Below are positions 57,831-64,000 of a stretch of DNA of 64,000 nt, piece after piece. The position numbers were made by a program, and so were the translations under genes. The notes under the pieces are model-generated. The model searched no databases and was not told where the DNA came from. It was given only the letters and a program-made list of their open reading frames with translations. The stretch spans positions 640,907-704,906 of the forward strand of contig JBAZUP010000001.1 in assembly GCA_041661385.1 (NCBI GenBank). Direction: 5' to 3'. Origin of the DNA: Patescibacteria group bacterium (lineage in GTDB: Bacteria; Patescibacteriota; Patescibacteriia; Magasanikbacterales; GWA2-37-8). The first letter of the stretch is position 1. The number at the start of each line of letters is the position of its first letter.

Positions 57831-58344
57831 TCATGATGACGCCGTCTGTAATAGTTGGATCTTTTTTGTCGTAGAATGGGGTAAGTGAAACGTGTGTGAC
57901 ATTTATAAAATACGGAAGGTGTTCAAGTTCATCTAAATAAGTGAGAGCTTTGTGGTAGGAGCCGGAAACAGAAATGGAAACCTGAATTCGTTGATTGGTA
58001 ATGTTGTCTAATGAAGAATTTGTGATTCTTTGGCTCACACCAGTTCTGGTTGCGAGCGACTCAAGGGTGGTGATAAGTCTAAGTTCGTCACCATTATTAA
58101 ACAGATAGTCGTTAAAAGGAGGCATTTCTTTTCTTAAACGATCGAGTTGTTTAACCGCCAAACGATAGCCGGTTGCTTGTTCATTTTTTCGTTCAAGAGT
58201 GACGCGTAGTTGATAGGTGTCTTTGTCGAGCTCGCGGATCTGCAAAACCGTGGGCATAATAATGGCGCCAATGATAAGACCGGCAATACCGACAAAGATG
58301 GCAATGGTAATTAAAATTCTTTTTTCAAGAATAGAATGAAGCAT
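57799..58344 (-). CDS. pilO: type IV pilus assembly protein PilO-like
   Basis: 181 aa, N-terminal TM then coiled-coil and ferredoxin-like C-domain; position after pilN. Confidence 0.5.
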   Translation of the reverse strand: MLHSILEKRILITIAIFVGIAGLIIGAIIMPTVLQIRELDKDTYQLRVTLERKNEQATGYRLAVKQLDRLRKEMPPFNDYLFNNGDELRLITTLESLATRTGVSQRITNSSLDNITNQRIQVSISVSGSYHKALTYLDELEHLPYFINVTHVSLTPFYDKKDPTITDGVIMNVDFNLYVIP

Positions 58345-58350
58345 AAAAGC

Positions 58351-58902
58351 CTAGTTTTTTTTCAATGCCGGCAACCCGCCTAGGGTGCCACGAATTTCAA
58401 AATTAATATTTTCTTTTTGGAAAAGCTGTGAATTGGGAGCAGTGACGCCTTGAATCCAGGTTATTTCAGTGACAATTCTTTGAAAATTTAGAAGCGCATC
58501 ACGAGTCGAAGCAGTGCCCGAAATAACTACCTTATTATTTTTGCGATCAAGATCAATGCCGGCAATTTTGATGTCGCCAGGCAGGGCAGTCGCGAATTCA
58601 ACAATTTTAGTTGTTAATTGGGCAAAATCTTGACTCGAAAGATAAACATTTCTCGTTTTGTTATTCATTTCGGCGATATCGCGGTTAATCGGCGGTGCTT
58701 CCCGATTAATAAGTAAGGCGCTTGAAACCACGTCGCTCATTGCCTGTGTAATGACCCACCAGGCAAATAAATACATCATGGCGAGAATGGAAACCGTAAA
58801 AATAACAAATTCCATCATTTCTTTAATGAACAAAAATCGCATGACAACACCAAAGTTCTTCTTTTTATCCGGGGATAATAAATTTAAGCGAAGGGACATC
58901 AT
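58351..58902 (-). CDS. pilN: type IV pilus assembly protein PilN-like
   Basis: 183 aa; N-terminal LNLLSPDKKK (INLLP-type motif), single TM; overlaps pilM stop by 4 nt. Confidence 0.55.
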   Translation of the reverse strand: MMSLRLNLLSPDKKKNFGVVMRFLFIKEMMEFVIFTVSILAMMYLFAWWVITQAMSDVVSSALLINREAPPINRDIAEMNNKTRNVYLSSQDFAQLTTKIVEFATALPGDIKIAGIDLDRKNNKVVISGTASTRDALLNFQRIVTEITWIQGVTAPNSQLFQKENINFEIRGTLGGLPALKKN

Positions 58903-60011
58903 AAGGAAGAGTTCATTAGTGGATTTTGAACAGCGCGCAGTCCGAGACCGATCGCAGTAGCGTAAGATAAGCCGCGGCGTTTTTCTTCGTCGGTTATTTC
59001 ATCGGTTACTTCTTTGGGAGCAAGGTTCTTCCAGACATTTCCGGGCCGAGTGGAAATCTTAATTTTTTGGGAAAGTACGGTATCGAGATCAATAAGGTTT
59101 GAGGATCCACCGCACATGGTAATATGAGTGACCGGGTTCGCATCGCTAAAATGCTCATCGTAAAATCTCAGCGTGCCTTTTATTTCTTCCACTAGTTTTC
59201 CGAGCATCGTATCAACAATTGTGACGTAGTTCGCGTGTTCCTTGTTATATTTTACACCAGTCGCGAGTTTAAGTTTTTCAGCTTCTTCTCGTTCAATTTT
59301 TAACCCCTGGGCAATTGCAGTGGTGAACATTTCACCGGTGAAATTAAGGGTTTTACTGAACTGAATGCTTTCATGATCATAAATAATAATACAGGAACGA
59401 GCGCCGCCGATGTCGATCATTGCCCTAGCCATGCCGGTGTAGTCTTTGGTGGAAGTAATAAGCGCCCGCGCTACCGCTACCGCCTCTGCTTCGAGGGCGA
59501 GTGGTGAAAGTTCGGCAGCTTCGAGTAAGTAGGTATATGAATCGGCAATAACTTTGGGTACCGCGGCGATAAGCACATGTGAAGTGGCGTCTTCGGAATT
59601 TGGATTCAGGGTTTGCCAATCTAGGTAAGTATCTGCTAATTCGAAAGGTAAATGCTTACTCGCATGAAAACTAATTTCGTCGTACATCAAATCTTTGGAA
59701 GGGGTTGGAATGTCGATAAGTTTAAGAAAGGTTTGTGGTTCAGGAAGATTTGCTACAACCCAAGGAGTTCCAATTTTGGGGTAAGCCCCGTCTTTACCGA
59801 GTAAGTGTAAAATTTTCTTGCGTACGATTTCCGGTTGTTGAATTTCACCATTGATAATAACTCCGGTTGGTAAAGATACGCTACGCAAAGTATCCGGAAA
59901 ATAATATGCCGGCCGATTTAATGAATGGCGTTTGCGCAGTTGGACCAACTTTACGGAAGTATCTCCGATGTCTAGACCAAATGCTCCTGGAAAAGGGTTG
60001 GTAAGAAACAT
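58899..60011 (-). CDS. pilM: type IV pilus assembly ATPase-like protein PilM
   Basis: actin-like fold, GLDIGDTSVKLVQL N-terminal motif; start set at internal Met 60011 to avoid overlap with pilC. Confidence 0.75.
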   Translation of the reverse strand: MFLTNPFPGAFGLDIGDTSVKLVQLRKRHSLNRPAYYFPDTLRSVSLPTGVIINGEIQQPEIVRKKILHLLGKDGAYPKIGTPWVVANLPEPQTFLKLIDIPTPSKDLMYDEISFHASKHLPFELADTYLDWQTLNPNSEDATSHVLIAAVPKVIADSYTYLLEAAELSPLALEAEAVAVARALITSTKDYTGMARAMIDIGGARSCIIIYDHESIQFSKTLNFTGEMFTTAIAQGLKIEREEAEKLKLATGVKYNKEHANYVTIVDTMLGKLVEEIKGTLRFYDEHFSDANPVTHITMCGGSSNLIDLDTVLSQKIKISTRPGNVWKNLAPKEVTDEITDEEKRRGLSYATAIGLGLRAVQNPLMNSSL

Positions 60012-60015
60012 AAAT

Positions 60016-61122
60016 CTACATGCTTGAAGAAAGAGAATAAATCGGCATGATAACTGATACGGCAATGCCGGCGACACCGACACCAAGTATTAAGATAAGA
60101 ACTGGTTCGATAATAGTGGAGAAATTTCTCATTGTATTATCGACTTCTTCAGAATAATAATTTGCAAGTTCTTTAAGCATGGCTTCCACTTCACCAGATT
60201 GTTCTCCGACCATAATCATCTGTACAACCATAGGAGGAAAACGGCTTGGCGATCGTCCAAGCGCTTCACTTAATGGTTCACCTTTTTTTAACGCTTCAGA
60301 AACTGCAATAAGGTCGTCGCGATATTTTACATTGCCTTCTACTGCTGAGGTAATTTTTACCGCTTCAATAATCGGAATCGCACTTTGAAGTAAAGAGGAA
60401 AGAGTAAGGGTAAAGCGGGCGATGTTAACTTTTTTAATAACCGGTCCAAAAATCGGCAGTTTAAGCATGAGGTTATGGACGACGTCTTTTACTTTAGGTT
60501 TTTTCATGAGCCAAACACCGAGAACTATGAGCGCGATAAACCCAATCAGCATAAAGATGCCGTAGTTTTGAAATGCATTGACCACAAAAATAAGCATGCG
60601 GGTGGTAAGCGGAAGTTCGACATCCATTTCTGTAAACATGCCTAAAATTTTTGGAAGCACGAAAGTGACCATGCCGATACCGACGCCGGCCATCGCGACT
60701 AAAACTACTGCCGGATAAATAAGCGCTCCTTTAATATGAGAAGTCAGTTCGTAAGATTTTTTCATTTGACTGCTCACTTGGGTAAGTGATTCTTCCATTT
60801 TACCAGCCGCTTCACCGGCGCCAATCATGCTAACATAAATTGCCGGAAAGACCTGTGGGTAGTCGGCAAGCGCTTCACTGAGTTGGCGGCCTTTTTCAAC
60901 TTGGGCTTTTACCAAAGAAATAACTTTTTTTAATCTTTTATTTTCAACTTGTTCAGCCAAGATGCGCAAACCATCCACAATTGAAAGACCGGCTTTGACC
61001 ATAATCGAAAGATTGTGGACAAAAAGAATCTTTTGCATGATTGGAATGCGAGTAAGGTGGTCGGTGAGCCAGATTTCTAACGCACTTTGCTCTTTTGGTT
61101 TTTTCTCTCCTTTTGGTGCCAT
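60016..61122 (-). CDS. pilC: type IV pilus inner-membrane platform protein PilC (GspF family)
   Basis: 368 aa polytopic; GspF-family repeats (IYPAVVLVAMAGVGIGMVTFVLPK...). Confidence 0.8.
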   Translation of the reverse strand: MAPKGEKKPKEQSALEIWLTDHLTRIPIMQKILFVHNLSIMVKAGLSIVDGLRILAEQVENKRLKKVISLVKAQVEKGRQLSEALADYPQVFPAIYVSMIGAGEAAGKMEESLTQVSSQMKKSYELTSHIKGALIYPAVVLVAMAGVGIGMVTFVLPKILGMFTEMDVELPLTTRMLIFVVNAFQNYGIFMLIGFIALIVLGVWLMKKPKVKDVVHNLMLKLPIFGPVIKKVNIARFTLTLSSLLQSAIPIIEAVKITSAVEGNVKYRDDLIAVSEALKKGEPLSEALGRSPSRFPPMVVQMIMVGEQSGEVEAMLKELANYYSEEVDNTMRNFSTIIEPVLILILGVGVAGIAVSVIMPIYSLSSSM

Positions 61123-61125
61123 ATA

Positions 61126-62853
61126 TTACTCCTTAGTGACACGTAAGACTTCACTGATTGTAGTCACGCCCATTTTGGCTTTAATAAGTCCGTCTTCAAG
61201 CATGGAAAGCATGCCTTGTTTGCGAGCCGCATCGTAGATGTCGGCGGCGGTGGCGCGTTGATTAATAAGTTTAATAATTTCCGGAGTATTTTCCAAAACT
61301 TCATAAATACCCTGGCGGCCTTTGTAGCCGGTTTCTCCACAACGACGACAACCTTCGCCCTGATAAAATACTGAGGTATCTGAAGAATTGATTTTTGCTT
61401 CAGGCGGAATGTTATTTTTAAAAAGTGTTGAAAGTTTTTCGTTGGTAAATATTTTACCAAGTTCAAGCGAGGCGGCGGTATCAAGTTTAAATTCTTTTTT
61501 GCAAAAGGTGCAAATGCGGCGCACCAGACGTTGAGCAACGATAATGTTCGCAGTATAAGCAATAAGGAAAGGCGGCACGCCCATATCGGTTAGACGAGGC
61601 AGGGTAGTCGCAGCATCATTGGTATGCAGAGTGGAAAGTACCAAGTGTCCGGTCATAGCGGCGTTAATAGCAATTTCCGCCGTCTCTTGGTCACGAATTT
61701 CACCGACCATAATAATATTTGGATCTTGACGAAGCAGGGCGCGTAAACCAAGCGCGAAAGTAAAACCAACTTTTACATTTACCTGGCTTTGGTTTACACC
61801 CGCCATACGGTATTCAATTGGATCTTCAACGGTAGAAATATTTACATTTGGCTGGTTTAGCATGCCGAGAACAGAATACAAGGTGGTAGTTTTACCGGAA
61901 CCGGTTGGGCCGGTAACCAGAATAATGCCGTGCGGTTTGAGAATATTTCTTTCCATTGCCGCGCGCGGGCCAGGCAAAAAGCCAAGACCATCGAGGGTAA
62001 GCGGTTTGGTTCCTTCATGCAGAACGCGCATAACAATTTTTTCTCCGTCGTAGACCGGTAGAAACGAAACACGAAAAGCAACTCGTTCATCCTGAATTTG
62101 AATTTTGAAACGTCCGTCTTGCGGTATCATGTGTTCGTCGAGTTTTACAACCGCCAAAATTTTGATACGAGCGACCACGCCGTTCTGTAAAGATTTCGGC
62201 AAAGTCATGATTTGTTTAAGGATGCCATCAATGCGATAACGAACTAACAATTCCTTTTCAGTTGGTTCGATGTGAATATCAGACGCGCCTTCGTAAACGG
62301 CATTTTCTAAAATACTCGAAACAACATTGATAACTGAAATAGTTTCAGCCGCTTTTTTTAAATCGCTGCCGGCGGCTTCTTCGCCGCTTTCTTGAATGAT
62401 ACGCAATTGTTCACCTTCTAGTTCAGAGTGGTAACGGCGCAATGCTTCTTTCAGGTCAGTGGGTGGAGTAATGTAAACTTTTGGTTCAAGACCGGTTTTA
62501 CGGCGTAAAAATTCGATGGTTTGAATATCGGTCGGATCGGTCATGGCCAATTTTATTTCCGACGGAGTTTTATCGAAGGCGACTACCTGATGAGTACCGG
62601 CGACTGGACCCGGGATAAGTGCTAAAACTTCTTTTTTAATTTCGCGTCCCTTTAAGCTGATGTAGGGAATATTAAGATAGTCGGATAATTTTTGATAAAG
62701 TTCTCCTTCTTCGGCAAGACCATCTGAATACAAAACCTCTTCAAAGGTCTTGTTCATTTTTATGGCTTTAGCTTCGGCCGCCCGAATTTGGGTAGGAGTA
62801 ATTTTGAGATCGTATTTTCGAAAAACTTTCTTTAGTGTTTCTACGCTAATCAT
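61126..62853 (-). CDS. pilB: type IV pilus assembly ATPase PilB (GspE family)
   Basis: 575 aa; Walker A GPTGSGKTTT, Asp box, His box, Walker B; C-terminal tetracysteine CRRCGETGYKGRQG. Confidence 0.9.
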   Translation of the reverse strand: MISVETLKKVFRKYDLKITPTQIRAAEAKAIKMNKTFEEVLYSDGLAEEGELYQKLSDYLNIPYISLKGREIKKEVLALIPGPVAGTHQVVAFDKTPSEIKLAMTDPTDIQTIEFLRRKTGLEPKVYITPPTDLKEALRRYHSELEGEQLRIIQESGEEAAGSDLKKAAETISVINVVSSILENAVYEGASDIHIEPTEKELLVRYRIDGILKQIMTLPKSLQNGVVARIKILAVVKLDEHMIPQDGRFKIQIQDERVAFRVSFLPVYDGEKIVMRVLHEGTKPLTLDGLGFLPGPRAAMERNILKPHGIILVTGPTGSGKTTTLYSVLGMLNQPNVNISTVEDPIEYRMAGVNQSQVNVKVGFTFALGLRALLRQDPNIIMVGEIRDQETAEIAINAAMTGHLVLSTLHTNDAATTLPRLTDMGVPPFLIAYTANIIVAQRLVRRICTFCKKEFKLDTAASLELGKIFTNEKLSTLFKNNIPPEAKINSSDTSVFYQGEGCRRCGETGYKGRQGIYEVLENTPEIIKLINQRATAADIYDAARKQGMLSMLEDGLIKAKMGVTTISEVLRVTKE

Positions 62854-63205
62854 ACCTTAATTTGAATATACGAATAGGTTGTCCAAAAAAATGGACGAGT
62901 AAAAAATACTATGGCGTTAGTATAGCATAAATTTTGGAGTGGTCATAGTGGAAAAACAACGGAGCAGGCAAACTTGACATTTTAGCAAAATATGTTAATA
63001 TAAGCGGGCTTTAAAAAGCAAAATAATTATTTTTTGGCGCCTGCTGCAGTCAAAAAATGTTTCTTAATTCATTACATTTCACGCCTTATTTTGACCCCTC
63101 GACCCGTATCTACCTTGTTGGTTCTCATCCAACCTGGTTTCGCCGGTGTCAAAATACCCATTTTATCGCTGTTTTAGCGGTGAAAGGCGCGGAAACATAT
63201 ATCTT

Positions 63206-63688
63206 ATGAGCAAAAAATACGAACTTTTGCTGGTTTTGCCGGGAACTTTTGACGACAAAGAAGTCGTTGGAAAGGCCGACGAAATAGTAAACATGGTAAA
63301 AGAGCTCGCAACTGATGTTGAGCTTAATTCTATGGGCAAAAATCGGTTAGCGTATCCGATCAAACAAATTCGCTATGGTTACTTCCACGCCATCACTTTT
63401 ACCGCTGAACCAGCGGCTTTAAAGGTTTTGGAAGACAAATTACGCTTACATCGTGAGGTTTTGCGCTTTTTGGTCAGTCATTTCAGCACAAATTTGACCG
63501 CCCAGCAAAAAATCGCCTATACTACCGATGCGAGCGGCATAACCCGCATGGTTGAGCGAGAAAACACTGTTTTCACCCCAGCGGTTACCCCAGGTTTAGC
63601 CCCTGAAGTAAAGGCTGAAAAGCTTAATATTGAAGAAATCAACAAGAAACTTGAAGATTTGATCGGCGGCGAAGTTGCCGGTGAATAA
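63206..63688 (+). CDS. rpsF: 30S ribosomal protein S6
   Basis: YELLLVLPGTFDDKEV...RLAYPIKQIRYGYFH typical S6; ORF-track GTG start at 63146 extended upstream; followed by ssb. Confidence 0.8.
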   Translation: MSKKYELLLVLPGTFDDKEVVGKADEIVNMVKELATDVELNSMGKNRLAYPIKQIRYGYFHAITFTAEPAALKVLEDKLRLHREVLRFLVSHFSTNLTAQQKIAYTTDASGITRMVERENTVFTPAVTPGLAPEVKAEKLNIEEINKKLEDLIGGEVAGE

Positions 63689-63709
63689 TAAATTACTTAC
63701 TTTAATCAT

Positions 63710-64000
63710 ATGGACTTAAATCGCGTAATGATTATCGGACGACTAACCCGCGACCCAGAACTTCGAAGTTTACCGAGCGGTAGAAGTGTAGCCAGTTTTT
63801 CTGTTGCTACCAACCGCCAGTGGACTGACCAAGCCGGTCAAAAACAGAAGCAGGTTGAATATCATAACATTGTGGCTTGGGCCGGTCGCGCAGAAACTGC
63901 GAGTCAATATCTTCGCAAGGGTTCACAGGTATATGTCGAAGGACATTTACAGACCCGCGACTGGACTGCGCAAGACGGCACCAAGAAAAGCCGCACCGAA
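63710..64000 (+). CDS. ssb: single-stranded DNA-binding protein (3' end outside window)
   Basis: MDLNRVMIIGRLTRDPELRSLPSGRSVASFSVATNRQWTDQAGQKQKQVEYHNIVAW OB-fold signature; runs to window edge. Confidence 0.85.
   Translation, partial: MDLNRVMIIGRLTRDPELRSLPSGRSVASFSVATNRQWTDQAGQKQKQVEYHNIVAWAGRAETASQYLRKGSQVYVEGHLQTRDWTAQDGTKKSRTE

Overview
This is a 64-kb piece of an AT-rich bacterial chromosome, and its gene content and style suggest Patescibacteria (CPR), which is inference only. It spans the replication origin: yidD-rnpA-rpmH, a cluster of three DnaA boxes, dnaA, a second DnaA-box cluster with an AT-rich unwinding element, then dnaN. Housekeeping genes I recognise are ddl, holA, polA, hppA, tig, nfo, nrdAB, rpsT, rmuC, ychF, rpsF and ssb. 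There is a pilB-pilC-pilM-pilN-pilO type IV pilus operon and seven tRNA genes (Ser-TGA, Ser-CGA, Cys-GCA, Ala-TGC, Arg-CCT, Ala-CGC, Ala-GGC). Two cell-surface loci stand out. One is an archaeal-type signal peptidase SipW with four or five camelysin/TasA-like substrates, one of them an ~800-aa protein with lamin-tail- and DUF11-like domains. The other is a TrmB-like regulator diverging from a 2294-aa LVIVD-repeat fibre protein, followed by a 1057-aa FN3 and Cys-repeat protein. Three things are not explained by ordinary annotation. First, a family of ~120-140 bp structured elements (four copies) sits immediately 3' of tRNA genes. Each copy starts with an inverted copy and ends with a direct copy of the neighbouring tRNA's own T-arm and 3' end. 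Two internal hairpins keep their structure across copies, one with compensatory sequence changes and one nearly invariant (GAAAACCCGAACGGTTTTC). Second, four sharply GC-rich islands (about 7.70-9.01, 16.03-17.60, 52.66-53.15 and 54.29-55.06 kb) carry codon usage foreign to the AT-rich flanks, and each lies within about 1 kb of a tRNA gene. Third, a ~600-bp hairpin-rich non-coding tract follows the tRNA-Arg/tRNA-Ala pair. No CRISPR array, transposase or integrase gene was found.
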